A stretch of 64,000 nucleotides of DNA from an uncultured virus (IMG/VR IMGVR_UViG_3300034375_009390) (taxonomy: Duplodnaviria > Heunggongvirae > Uroviricota > Caudoviricetes): the IMG/VR virus record IMGVR_UViG_3300034375_009390; one strand, 5' to 3'. The notes under the pieces were generated by a model. That model had not been told where the DNA came from. It searched no databases and saw only the letters and a list, made by a program, of their open reading frames with translations. Positions 1 through 9,106 of this stretch are shown here, in pieces. How positions within the stretch are numbered: position 1 is the first letter of the stretch; every line of letters begins with the position of its first letter. Both the position numbers and the translations under genes were made by a program.

Positions 1-5
1 TCCTC

Positions 6-1901
6 ATGCAAGTCCGTTACATCCAAACCGCCGAGCAGTTCAACAAAGCACTTCCGGAGCTGGAAAAAATCCCAAAGATGTGTTTGGACTGCGAGACGAC
101 CGGACTGCAGGCAACAATCGCGAAAATCCGCCTACTTCAGCTCTGTGACGCCACGCCGGAAATCGACGATCGGATTGTGTACGTTATCGATTTGTTCAAG
201 ATCGAAGCGAGTCAAGAGCTCAAGCAGTTAATCGAATCCCGATCGATGCTGTTGGCGCACAACATGAACTTCGACTTCCAGTTCCTTCTGTCGATTGGAA
301 TCGATTTCAAAAACAAGATCTTCGACACCTACGTAGCTGAACGCGTCCTCCGAGCAGGGTTTAAGGAGAAGCGCATCAGTCCTAAGGCTCAGAATGCGTA
401 CTTCACAGACGTAAGTTGCAGCTTGAAAGCTGTGGCGGAACGTCGTCTGGAGCTCGACATTAGTAAGGATCAGCAGAAATCAGACTGGGGAGCAGAGGAA
501 CTCGACCTAGAGCAGATCGAGTACGCAGCGAAGGACGTCGATATCCTGCCACGCATCGCTGCACTGCAACTCGCTGAACTGAAGGAAGAGAACCTGCTTT
601 CTGTCTATGGGCTCGAATCCAGGTGTATCCGCCCTGTAGCCCTCATGTGCTACAAAGGATTTTGTGTTGATTTAGAGAAGTTAAACAAACTCAAGGTCGA
701 CATCCAGGAGGAACTTGAGCAGAAAACCGAACAGTTCGTCACGTCATTGGACGATAGACTCCCAGAGGACATGAAACTTCCTCGCGGAATTGACGGAAAG
801 ATTTCAGTCGGCAAGCGTCCGAAGAAGGATTTTAATCCTGGATCAACGACGCAGGTTATCAATGCCTTTAGTGCTTGCGATATCGAGCTGCCTAGAGACG
901 CCAAGACGGAGAAGAAAACGCTCAACCAAATCGCACTGGCCGAGTTTGATAGCGACGATCCCACGCTGCGTCTCTACCGACAACGAGCCAAAGTCGAAAC
1001 CAAACTAGAGCACGTCAACAAACTGCTGGAAAATGTAAATCCGGTAACGCTTCGAATCCATTCTGGCTACAACCAGATGGGAGCTAACTCCGGACGCTTC
1101 ACAAGCAGCGGAGCGCCGAAGATCGGCAAACGAGAGAAAAAGACTGTCTTCGCCGTCAACATCCAACAAGTTCCCAGAGGTAAAGAGTTTCGGGAGTGCT
1201 TCATCGCAGAACCGGGATTCAAACTGGTTATCTGCGACTGGGCTCAGATAGAACTCCGCTTAGGTGCGGAGCTTATCAACATCCCTCAGATGCAGACAGC
1301 GTTCAAGGACAACATCGACTTACACACGATGACAGCAAGTCTTATCTATAAGAAGGACTTGCACGAAGTGTCTAAAGACGAGAGACAAGACGGTAAGACT
1401 CTAAACTTCGCTTTGTTATACGGAATGGGCTACAGAAAATACAAGACCTACGCTGCACAGAGTGGTAAGATCTTATCGCTGTCAGAGGCTAAGGTTGCCC
1501 ACGCTGCGTTCCACGCTGCGTACCCCCGACTGCGAATGTGGCACAGGGAACGAGCTGCATTGGTAGAAGATGGCTGGGCTTATACCCGCACCGCCTGTGG
1601 GCGTCGACGTCTGCTTAGTTATGACGATGCAACCATGATGTGCTCCGCGAATACTCTGATCCAGGGCAGCGGAGCTGACATTTTGAAAATCGCTATCGCG
1701 GATCTAGGTGAACATTTAACAGATAATGTACGTATGGTTGCCTGCGTGCACGACGAAATCGTGCTAGAGGTTAAAGCGGATCTGGCTAATAAGTACAAAG
1801 AGGTGCTAGAAACCGCCATGATCCACGCGGCTGAAAAGGTGTTAACATCTGTTCCAGCATCAGCAGATGCGAATGTTGGTGATTCTTGGGCAGCTAAATG
1901 A
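6..1901 (+). CDS. polA: Family A DNA polymerase (3'-5' exonuclease + polymerase)
   Basis: ExoI LDCETTG, ExoIII YAAKD, motif A DWAQIELR, motif B RQDGKTLNFALLYG, motif C VHDE. Confidence 0.96.
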   Translation: MQVRYIQTAEQFNKALPELEKIPKMCLDCETTGLQATIAKIRLLQLCDATPEIDDRIVYVIDLFKIEASQELKQLIESRSMLLAHNMNFDFQFLLSIGIDFKNKIFDTYVAERVLRAGFKEKRISPKAQNAYFTDVSCSLKAVAERRLELDISKDQQKSDWGAEELDLEQIEYAAKDVDILPRIAALQLAELKEENLLSVYGLESRCIRPVALMCYKGFCVDLEKLNKLKVDIQEELEQKTEQFVTSLDDRLPEDMKLPRGIDGKISVGKRPKKDFNPGSTTQVINAFSACDIELPRDAKTEKKTLNQIALAEFDSDDPTLRLYRQRAKVETKLEHVNKLLENVNPVTLRIHSGYNQMGANSGRFTSSGAPKIGKREKKTVFAVNIQQVPRGKEFRECFIAEPGFKLVICDWAQIELRLGAELINIPQMQTAFKDNIDLHTMTASLIYKKDLHEVSKDERQDGKTLNFALLYGMGYRKYKTYAAQSGKILSLSEAKVAHAAFHAAYPRLRMWHRERAALVEDGWAYTRTACGRRRLLSYDDATMMCSANTLIQGSGADILKIAIADLGEHLTDNVRMVACVHDEIVLEVKADLANKYKEVLETAMIHAAEKVLTSVPASADANVGDSWAAK

Positions 1902-2398
1902 GTGAGCTAGTTAAAATCGAAAAGACTACGGAGAAAGAAGTCTTTGCTATTAAGTTAGATAAAAGTTACATCGCTGTAGTTAATGCAGATGACGGTCTTT
2001 ACTTTCTCCCGGGTCTTTACAAATCTCCGTTAGTAGCCTGCAACGCGGCCAGATCAGAAAAGCGGAAAAACAGCATCAAGCTGAAGGTTAAGAAAAAAGT
2101 AAATGGTGCGCAATCTAAGAAAAGCTCTAAGATAGCGAGGGTAAATTCCCTCTACACCGAGGAGGAGATGTCCTCGCGCCCGCATTTAAAGTTCCGTGAG
2201 GTCTGGGTGATCTTAAGCCCACGGGGGGAGTTCGTCGAAAAGGCGATCGAGGATTCGACTCTGGTCCAGTACCAATCCGACCGTAAGAAAGCGGAGATAT
2301 TTAAAAGCTATGAAGACGCTCTGTTCAAGTTAAAAACATTAGATATGGTCGTTAGGAAAGGGCACTACCTGCGAAGATTTTTTGAGGAAGTTAATTAA
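1898..2398 (+). CDS. Hypothetical protein
   Basis: 166-aa ORF overlapping the polymerase stop. Confidence 0.7.
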   Translation: MSELVKIEKTTEKEVFAIKLDKSYIAVVNADDGLYFLPGLYKSPLVACNAARSEKRKNSIKLKVKKKVNGAQSKKSSKIARVNSLYTEEEMSSRPHLKFREVWVILSPRGEFVEKAIEDSTLVQYQSDRKKAEIFKSYEDALFKLKTLDMVVRKGHYLRRFFEEVN

Positions 2399-2458
2399 AC
2401 CCTAGGAGATAGGGCATTCGAAACCTTGCTATGATCACAGAAGATAGGTTGTACTTCT

Positions 2459-3664
2459 GTGGCAGCTCGGCGGCGTCCTTCATACGGTTTTGATTTAGCC
2501 GGAACTGCTTTTGGCGTAAAGCCGGAAGTAGGTGTGTCCAGGGGTATGCTGTCGCAATTGTTCCCTGAAATAGGGATTAAAACAACCGCAACAGATACAG
2601 AACCGGAAGAGGTTGATAAGCCAGAAGAATCGTCGACAGGAGCTCGGCCGACCACAAGTGTGGGGGTCGGGGCAGATGAAGATACGCTTCCTGGGTCCAC
2701 TCTCGAAAAAATCAGTCTCAAGGGGTCCTTTTCGCTCCCAATAGGATTTAATTTTGGGGCTAGTTTTGCAGGTCCTTCAGGTCCACAGGGTAGGGGCGGA
2801 AGTCGATTAGGTTATTCCGGAAGTGTTTTAGAAGGTAAAAGTATCGAGCCAAGCAATATAAGAACTCAAGACGCTTCATATCAACCTGTAGAAGAACAAA
2901 CTAAAGCGGACAGACTATTAAGTAGTTTTATAGGAGAAATGGGGACCAGCGGAGTGGTCGGAGCAACAGCACTGGGCGGAGCCTTCGAGTACGGATACAC
3001 CCCAGAGCAGGTACTCAATAAGGCCAAGCAGGAAAATCTTACATTCGGTGAGCAAGCAGCAAAAACACTCGGGTTGAGCGAATTAACACAGTATCAAGGA
3101 CCTTTAGCCCAAGGAAAAACCATCGGCTTGGAAGCGTTAGATAAAGCTAGGTCCTCCGGTATGAGCGACACTTTAATTAAACAACTAGCTAAGCAGCAGG
3201 GTGTTGGGTTCGGTGAAAAAGCCGCAAGTCAGTTAGGTGTGGCGAAAGTAACCGATCTAGGTCAATATATTGGAGGCGTAGGTAGTAACCAGGGAACACT
3301 AGGACTTGAAGCAGTTAAGAGGGCTCGTCAAGCCGGTCTGTCTGATAGCCAGATACGCGACCTAGCAAGTCAACAGGGACTTTCCTTTGGTTCTGGGGCG
3401 GCCACGCAGCTAGGAGTTCAGTCTGCGGGGCAAAAGGCATCAGCCCAGAGGAGTTCAACGAGTGGGGGTAGTTCGTCGAAAGATCGTAGCTCCACCAACC
3501 TCAGTAAGTTTATTGGAGGTGCCGGAAGCAATCAAGGAACATTGGGACTCGAAGCAGTTAAAAGAGCGCGTCAGTCCGGGCTTTCAGATTCTCAAATTCG
3601 ACAGATGGCATCGCAACAAGGTTTAGGTTTCGGTTCAGCCGCACGTTCTGCTTTAGGGGTGTAG
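2459..3664 (+). CDS. Protein with four C-terminal ~55-aa repeats
   Basis: Repeated FIGG-GSNQGTLGLEAVKRARQ-GLSDSQIR-ASQQGL-FG unit. Confidence 0.75.
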   Translation: MAARRRPSYGFDLAGTAFGVKPEVGVSRGMLSQLFPEIGIKTTATDTEPEEVDKPEESSTGARPTTSVGVGADEDTLPGSTLEKISLKGSFSLPIGFNFGASFAGPSGPQGRGGSRLGYSGSVLEGKSIEPSNIRTQDASYQPVEEQTKADRLLSSFIGEMGTSGVVGATALGGAFEYGYTPEQVLNKAKQENLTFGEQAAKTLGLSELTQYQGPLAQGKTIGLEALDKARSSGMSDTLIKQLAKQQGVGFGEKAASQLGVAKVTDLGQYIGGVGSNQGTLGLEAVKRARQAGLSDSQIRDLASQQGLSFGSGAATQLGVQSAGQKASAQRSSTSGGSSSKDRSSTNLSKFIGGAGSNQGTLGLEAVKRARQSGLSDSQIRQMASQQGLGFGSAARSALGV

Positions 3665-3690
3665 AGTACAGACGCCTTACTTATTACAAC

Positions 3691-3879
3691 ATGGCCTCCG
3701 TAAAAACCCTTACAGCTTTTATTGGTAACAATGGCAACGAAGGCACTATCGGTTACGAAGCCCTTCTCCGCGCTCGAAAGGCTGGACTGACAGACGAGCA
3801 GATCAAACAGCAGATCCAAGCAGAGGGTCTGCACGTCGGCGAAAAAGCCAGGCACGCGCTCGGCGGTTTCGCTGCTTGA
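3691..3879 (+). CDS. Small protein consisting of one copy of the upstream repeat
   Basis: FIGNNGNEGTIGYEALLRARKAGLTDEQIKQQ...GEKARHALG aligns to the repeats of 2459..3664. Confidence 0.75.
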   Translation: MASVKTLTAFIGNNGNEGTIGYEALLRARKAGLTDEQIKQQIQAEGLHVGEKARHALGGFAA

Positions 3880-3967
3880 CACCCCTTAATGGGTTCCTGA
3901 GGGGACTTCACAACTAAATTACGAAGTTTAATCCAGAGTACAGTTAACACTGTGCTCTTTTTAATGA

Positions 3968-4507
3968 GTGTCTATGAACAAATATTCGTTACAGCTAGAA
4001 AGAGAGTCTAAAAAAATAATTCTTTCACTGCAGTCAAATGATACAGCTCACGTACAAGCACAAGCTGTGGACATTTGTAGAGCAGTTGATGCGAATAATT
4101 ATAGTATAAACTATGGGGAAGTAAATGAATCGTTACTTGCAAAGCTGTTTAAAGACCTAGCATTTAATAATTTCAACTACACACAATGCAGAGAATGGAT
4201 AGGCCCCATAACAAATAATCAACCGTGCACATATGTGCTTGGAAAACGAGTGTATATTCGAAACGCAATCCTAAAATACCTAGATATCCCAAAAGACAAC
4301 TATTATCCTAAGCCACGCTGCGGAAACGCGAAGTGTGTAAACCCACTACACTTCGAGTACAAAACAGCAAAAAGTAGTAAACTATCCCCCGGAGATATTG
4401 AAATTTTAAAAGTTCAGAAACGCGAAGGAGCAAGTGTCGAGCAAATCGCCCAAATTTTAAAAGTACACAGAGCGACAATATACAGGCACTTACAACAAGT
4501 GGCTTAA
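3968..4507 (+). CDS. Degenerate HNH/His-Cys Zn-loop protein with C-terminal HTH
   Basis: CREWIG, CGNAKCVNPLH; C-terminal SVEQIAQILKVHRATIYRHL. Confidence 0.65.
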   Translation: MSMNKYSLQLERESKKIILSLQSNDTAHVQAQAVDICRAVDANNYSINYGEVNESLLAKLFKDLAFNNFNYTQCREWIGPITNNQPCTYVLGKRVYIRNAILKYLDIPKDNYYPKPRCGNAKCVNPLHFEYKTAKSSKLSPGDIEILKVQKREGASVEQIAQILKVHRATIYRHLQQVA

Positions 4508-4583
4508 TTTAAGCCCGAGCCTGCTCTGGGCTGATACCATAGTGCAGCTCGGCTCGCGTCGGGCGCCCAACCAAACCGGAACC

Positions 4584-5228
4584 ATGAACGTTTTTGTCTT
4601 AGGACTTCGAGTCACAGCAACCGCTGCTGAAGACGACGGAACTGTAAATGTCTTAACTGAGTCTCTGCCGTCAAACGAAAAGCGTGTCGCGACTAAAGTT
4701 CAACTGATTCAAAAAGCCGATCACTACGTCGGAAAACTCCTTCAAAAGCTTGAAGAGGATCAGACCGTACTCGCAGTGGGTCCCACGCGGCCAACTCCTG
4801 ACGGTGTACTTCAGATGCAGCCTATGCTGATCGTTACGCAGGAGAACTTCGACGATCTCCTGGCTATCAACCTTTTCGTCGCTGCAGGTGGCCTCGGTCC
4901 TAAAGCTGACGAAATCGAGATTGGCGATACGACCGTAACTAATCGGTCGCTGGCTTGGCAAACCGAAAACCAGGAAACGGCGTGGTTTAAATTAGCCGGT
5001 TGGGGCGAGCTGTCAACACAATTGTCCGAGCTCGCTCCCGGAACTCCTACGATCGCTGTCGGCAAAGTCTCGACCTCAGAGAAGGACGACAAGCTTTACC
5101 TCAACTACAATCTGGACAAGGTTCTTTACCTGCCTAAGGCTTCGCGTAAAGCTCCTGTGAAAGCAGCCGACCCCGAAAAAGGGAAGGTTGCCGCTGCTGC
5201 TCTCGGTTCAATCGATTTTTCCCTCTGA
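4584..5228 (+). CDS. Single-stranded DNA-binding (OB-fold) protein
   Basis: ETAWFKLAGWGEL...GTPTIAVGKV resembles the SSB core; start placed at ATG 4584. Confidence 0.65.
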   Translation: MNVFVLGLRVTATAAEDDGTVNVLTESLPSNEKRVATKVQLIQKADHYVGKLLQKLEEDQTVLAVGPTRPTPDGVLQMQPMLIVTQENFDDLLAINLFVAAGGLGPKADEIEIGDTTVTNRSLAWQTENQETAWFKLAGWGELSTQLSELAPGTPTIAVGKVSTSEKDDKLYLNYNLDKVLYLPKASRKAPVKAADPEKGKVAAAALGSIDFSL

Positions 5229-5240
5229 TTTCTGCTGACC

Positions 5241-6029
5241 ATGTTTATCGCTGGTGACTTTTCGGAATCCGAAATTCTCTGCAACATTCCGCCTCACACG
5301 CTGCGTATCGATCTTCAAGCTCGCCGCTGGAAGTCTGACGTTGATCCTGATAACGCCATTGTCGACCGCAACGACAACGGTATCCCCATTGAGTTCATCC
5401 TCATTGGATTCACACCATACTTCGGAAACCTCGGTATGCGAAACCAGGAGGAGTTCCTCCGTATCGCGTACATCGGTGTGTCTCCTAACCACAGGCTGCT
5501 TCCGCCCCGGTGCGTGACGACCTCGATGATCTCGGGTAAGTCCAGTCAGAAGAACTTCATCTCGTACTTCCAAACGCTGTACAACAACCGAATCAACTGT
5601 GCGTCGGTCATCACCTCGACCAAGTTCGTGACTCGATCCTTTAACGAGCGTGATCCGATGACCGGTGCTGACGGAGCGAAGATCAACTTCAACTGCTTGG
5701 ACTTCAGCGACCGACCAGCCCAGAACGAAGATGAGGAAAAACTCCTCAAGGACGTGGCCGAATGGCTGGGTAGCGATGGAACCAAGATGGCTGCCAACGC
5801 ACTGAAGAGCAGCATCCCGGGTGCCGATTTGATCGAACTCCCTCTTGGTAGTGATCATGCTGCACTCAAAGCTGAGTTTGCAGCCACGCGGGGTCAAGCT
5901 GCTGAACGTACGTTCGCGGCACCGGCACCTGATCCCAAAGCGCTGGCAGCAGCGGAACCGCCGTCAGCAAAACCAAAGAAGGTCGAGCTTACCGAAGCGC
6001 AAGCCAAAGCACTCGGAATCGATTTTTAA
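5241..6029 (+). CDS. Hypothetical replication/recombination protein
   Basis: 262-aa ORF in the replication cluster; C-terminus (ALGIDF) resembles that of the SSB-like neighbour (ALGSIDFSL). Confidence 0.7.
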   Translation: MFIAGDFSESEILCNIPPHTLRIDLQARRWKSDVDPDNAIVDRNDNGIPIEFILIGFTPYFGNLGMRNQEEFLRIAYIGVSPNHRLLPPRCVTTSMISGKSSQKNFISYFQTLYNNRINCASVITSTKFVTRSFNERDPMTGADGAKINFNCLDFSDRPAQNEDEEKLLKDVAEWLGSDGTKMAANALKSSIPGADLIELPLGSDHAALKAEFAATRGQAAERTFAAPAPDPKALAAAEPPSAKPKKVELTEAQAKALGIDF

Positions 6030-6054
6030 GCTAACCTGAAAACGAAGCCAAGGC

Positions 6055-6084
6055 AGCGGTCTTCTTCGGAAGGCCGCTTTTATT
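6055..6084 (+). terminator. Intrinsic terminator
   Basis: AGCGGTCTTC-TTCG-GAAGGCCGCT followed by TTTATT. Confidence 0.8.
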
Positions 6085-6486
6085 ATGTCCAAACGCTGTG
6101 TGACTACGAGATTAAGACATAAAGGTGAATGGATCAGCCTCTACGTAGAGGACATCGGGTTCGCCTACAGCGTGGGTCTCACGATACACAAATCGAGACG
6201 AGCGGCTAACGATTGGTACTGGAACCGAAAGAACAAACGCTGCCGCTCCGTACTGAACCAGCAGAAGACGCGACCTTCTGGAACGTTGCTGCGAGCAATG
6301 AGGATGCTTGAAGCTCACATCCAAACCACGCGGGACAAGCCTTACTTCATCATGCCGCGCACGGATAAAACTGCAGCTTTAGCTAAATACCTGAAGCGAA
6401 TTGGATTTACTGAGTATCAGTCGGATGGACAACTTCTTTACTTACTAGTAACTCATCGAGAGGAGGGAGCATCACCTGATTTCTAG
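6085..6486 (+). CDS. Hypothetical basic protein
   Basis: 133-aa ATG ORF. Confidence 0.5.
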   Translation: MSKRCVTTRLRHKGEWISLYVEDIGFAYSVGLTIHKSRRAANDWYWNRKNKRCRSVLNQQKTRPSGTLLRAMRMLEAHIQTTRDKPYFIMPRTDKTAALAKYLKRIGFTEYQSDGQLLYLLVTHREEGASPDF

Positions 6487-6649
6487 CGCACCACGTTGAC
6501 AGCGACGAGAACAGACGCTTGTTGATCAAGGATTGCTTATGAACCATTTCCAGAATTTGAAGTAGCCCATCCTTGTCGAGCTTCTTCGCATCCATCATGA
6601 CTCGGTTATGTAAGAACTCTTGCTCTTGGCTCATCCAATCGAGTTGCAT
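6407..6649 (-). CDS. Hypothetical protein
   Basis: 80-aa ATG ORF with protein-like composition. Confidence 0.6.
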   Translation of the reverse strand: MQLDWMSQEQEFLHNRVMMDAKKLDKDGLLQILEMVHKQSLINKRLFSSLSTWCARNQVMLPPLDELLVSKEVVHPTDTQ

Positions 6650-6738
6650 ACCGAGCTAGCTGCTCCCTCAACGTTAATCACAAAATTGGTCAGAGACCAA
6701 CCCACTTGCTAAGATCCACACATTCTTCCGTTTTACGC

Positions 6739-7293
6739 ATGGCTTCGTTTTATACAATCCCCGAGGGTGTAACACACCAGCTGATCAAGCACAGTTACAT
6801 CCAAGGCTCAGTCTTAGTCCCATACGATCCGAACGATATCCTCAGCGACCAACTGCGAGCCCATAACTTTACAGTTACAACTAACAAGGACAGCGACAAC
6901 CTAGTAAACCCGATCTGGTGGACAACCGTACGGGACAAACAATACGACTGGGTGATCGCCAACACGACAGGACTTAATGAATATAGTGAGTACATACTCG
7001 ACTATGGAATCCAAGTTGCACGAGAGGGTATCGCTGTCCTGGACCGCTTGTCCTTTATTGAGCCAGTAGCAAAGCGTAGGAACTTCCTGCTCGCGAACAA
7101 ACTCTCGAACATGATCGTCTTATCACCACGCCCCCGGTTCAGCTCAGTCAGCACGTCCCGGGACTCCGTTACCAGCTGTTGGTTCGTTTTCCAGCGACCC
7201 GACAAGTGGATGGATGGCACTCACGTGGCATACGCTGTAAATTGGGATGCAGCTCAAACGCTCCCTCCTCTCGATGACATCGCAATCAAGTAA
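6739..7293 (+). CDS. DNA adenine methyltransferase-like protein with degenerate catalytic motif
   Basis: YDWVIANTTG where DWIxxNPPY is expected; downstream DRLSFIEP..KR and CWFVF resemble phage MTases. Confidence 0.6.
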   Translation: MASFYTIPEGVTHQLIKHSYIQGSVLVPYDPNDILSDQLRAHNFTVTTNKDSDNLVNPIWWTTVRDKQYDWVIANTTGLNEYSEYILDYGIQVAREGIAVLDRLSFIEPVAKRRNFLLANKLSNMIVLSPRPRFSSVSTSRDSVTSCWFVFQRPDKWMDGTHVAYAVNWDAAQTLPPLDDIAIK

Positions 7294-7630
7294 ACTTGAG
7301 AAGTTCCAACGCGCTGTGTGCGATAGGTTAGACAAGACCAATGCAAAACTCGATCAAGTTATTGCCTTACTGGTATCAGCACAGCTCTTGGAAGAGTGCA
7401 TCTCCCCCGAAGGAGAAATCCGTGATGCCCAGCAGTGCGCGGAGATTGTTGTCGAGAGTTATTCTGCAGGTCTTTGCCTCTCCGACGAACTGACAAGCCG
7501 CACTCAAGACATTGAGTACCAAAAGTCAGAGTTTTTCGTAGACGAAGATGAGGATGAGAAAGATGAAGATGATGATAGTGATGACGATGACGGCCCCGAA
7601 GAACCTCGACTCTTTTCGATGGCGTTTTAA
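7274..7630 (+). CDS. Hypothetical protein with acidic tail
   Basis: C-terminal D/E run. Confidence 0.65.
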   Translation: MTSQSSKLEKFQRAVCDRLDKTNAKLDQVIALLVSAQLLEECISPEGEIRDAQQCAEIVVESYSAGLCLSDELTSRTQDIEYQKSEFFVDEDEDEKDEDDDSDDDDGPEEPRLFSMAF

Positions 7631-7634
7631 TAAG

Positions 7635-8228
7635 ATGAAAACACAAAATATTTTAGTAGACCAAGAAATCCTCAACTGCTTAGAAGTAGACGAGAATTTC
7701 CCAAGTGGATTAAAATGGAGTAAAAACTACAAACGGCATAAAAAAGATAGTATGTGTGGATATAAAACTAGCGACAAAAGATACTGGAGACAGAAGATAA
7801 ATGGAGTACAGTACGCTGTACATACTTTAATATGGTTGAAATTAAATAAAGAGCTAGAACCAGGTAAAACCGTAGATCACAAAGACAACAACGGGTTAAA
7901 CAATAGAATAGATAATTTAAGGTTAGCTTCAAGACTGAACCAACTACACAATAGAAAGTCTTGGAGCAGATCTAAATACAAAGGAGTAAATAAAGTAAAT
8001 AACTCTTACAGTGCTTACATTATGTATCCTGGTAAAGGTCGTATTCACTTAGGTTATTTTAATACAGCTGAACATGCGGCAATCGCACATGACATAGCTG
8101 CAAAACATATATTTCCAGAAAACCCTTTCTATAAATTAAACTTTAACCGTGGTTTTTGGTTACACGAGAGCACTATTATAAGTGAAAAAGTAATAGGTAA
8201 ACTAGAAGGTTTTTTCTCGATCCAGTAA
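7635..8228 (+). CDS. HNH-AP2 homing endonuclease
   Basis: VDHKDNNGLNNRIDNLR; SKYKGV..HLGYF.TAEHAAIAHD; AT-rich. Confidence 0.88.
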   Translation: MKTQNILVDQEILNCLEVDENFPSGLKWSKNYKRHKKDSMCGYKTSDKRYWRQKINGVQYAVHTLIWLKLNKELEPGKTVDHKDNNGLNNRIDNLRLASRLNQLHNRKSWSRSKYKGVNKVNNSYSAYIMYPGKGRIHLGYFNTAEHAAIAHDIAAKHIFPENPFYKLNFNRGFWLHESTIISEKVIGKLEGFFSIQ

Positions 8229-8257
8229 TGTAGTATGGGTTAGAAAAATTTAAGGCT

Positions 8258-9034
8258 GTGACTAAAACACGACTAACATTAAACGGACTACGACACTACA
8301 GGTGCGATGGTGTCGATATCCCTCTTCCATCCGTAACAAGCGTTCTGTCTGCCACGCAAACAGAAGAAACTCGTAAGAAACTGGCTCATTGGAACCTGGC
8401 TAACCCTGGTGCCGCCGACATGGCAGCAGAGAGGGGTTCCTTTATCCATAACAGCGTCGAGAATCACATCAGGGGGTTGGCTGTAAGTCCGCCCCCTCAA
8501 TACGCCCCGTATTGGAAGGACGTACCTGAGAAAGTAGATGAGCTGCTGGAAGGTGGTCGTGTTCTGTGGAGCGAAAAACCATACAACAAGCCTGAGTGGC
8601 ATAAGTACGTAGGTGAAGATGGCGTCGGTCGTCTCCACTTTTACGATCCGATCAAAGCTCAGGGATACGCCGGCTGCCCGGACATCATCTACGAAGACGG
8701 GAACGGCGAACTTATCCTGGGTGACTTCAAGACGAGTAACGGTCCGTACAGCTATAAGTTCCCCAGCTCGAAAGTCCAGATGGAGGACAAACTCCGGAAG
8801 GCACTCGTGTCTGGAGTTTTTAAATTGAAGAAAACTAAGCTTCAGTTAGCTGCTTATACAATCGCAGCCGAGGCTTGCTTAGGTATCAAAATCAACAAGA
8901 CACAGATAATCGTAAGTACCGCAGTTCCTGAATTCTCTGTTCAGGTATTTACTTTCGGTCCAGACGATTTGAAAAAGGACAAACAAATGTGGTTCGAAGT
9001 CTTACGTAAGTTTTATGAGACTCGCCTTGAATAG
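8258..9034 (+). CDS. PD-(D/E)XK exonuclease
   Basis: PSVTSVL, RGSFIH, YAGCPD, DFKTS, QLAAY. Confidence 0.85.
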   Translation: MTKTRLTLNGLRHYRCDGVDIPLPSVTSVLSATQTEETRKKLAHWNLANPGAADMAAERGSFIHNSVENHIRGLAVSPPPQYAPYWKDVPEKVDELLEGGRVLWSEKPYNKPEWHKYVGEDGVGRLHFYDPIKAQGYAGCPDIIYEDGNGELILGDFKTSNGPYSYKFPSSKVQMEDKLRKALVSGVFKLKKTKLQLAAYTIAAEACLGIKINKTQIIVSTAVPEFSVQVFTFGPDDLKKDKQMWFEVLRKFYETRLE

Positions 9035-9106
9035 GCTCGGGTTTTTTTGTTTAGACTCCGCACCCACGCGGGGATCCGTGTCACAATGGCTCTGCGCAGG
9101 GGAACC

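Noticed and set aside
5208..5897. 229-aa minus-strand ORF
   Set aside because: Antisense shadow of 5241..6029.
7540..7595. GAT/GAN triplet repeat
   Set aside because: Simply encodes the acidic tail of 7274..7630.
8258..9034. Cas4/CRISPR association
   Set aside because: No array or other cas genes; an ordinary phage exonuclease in a replication cluster.
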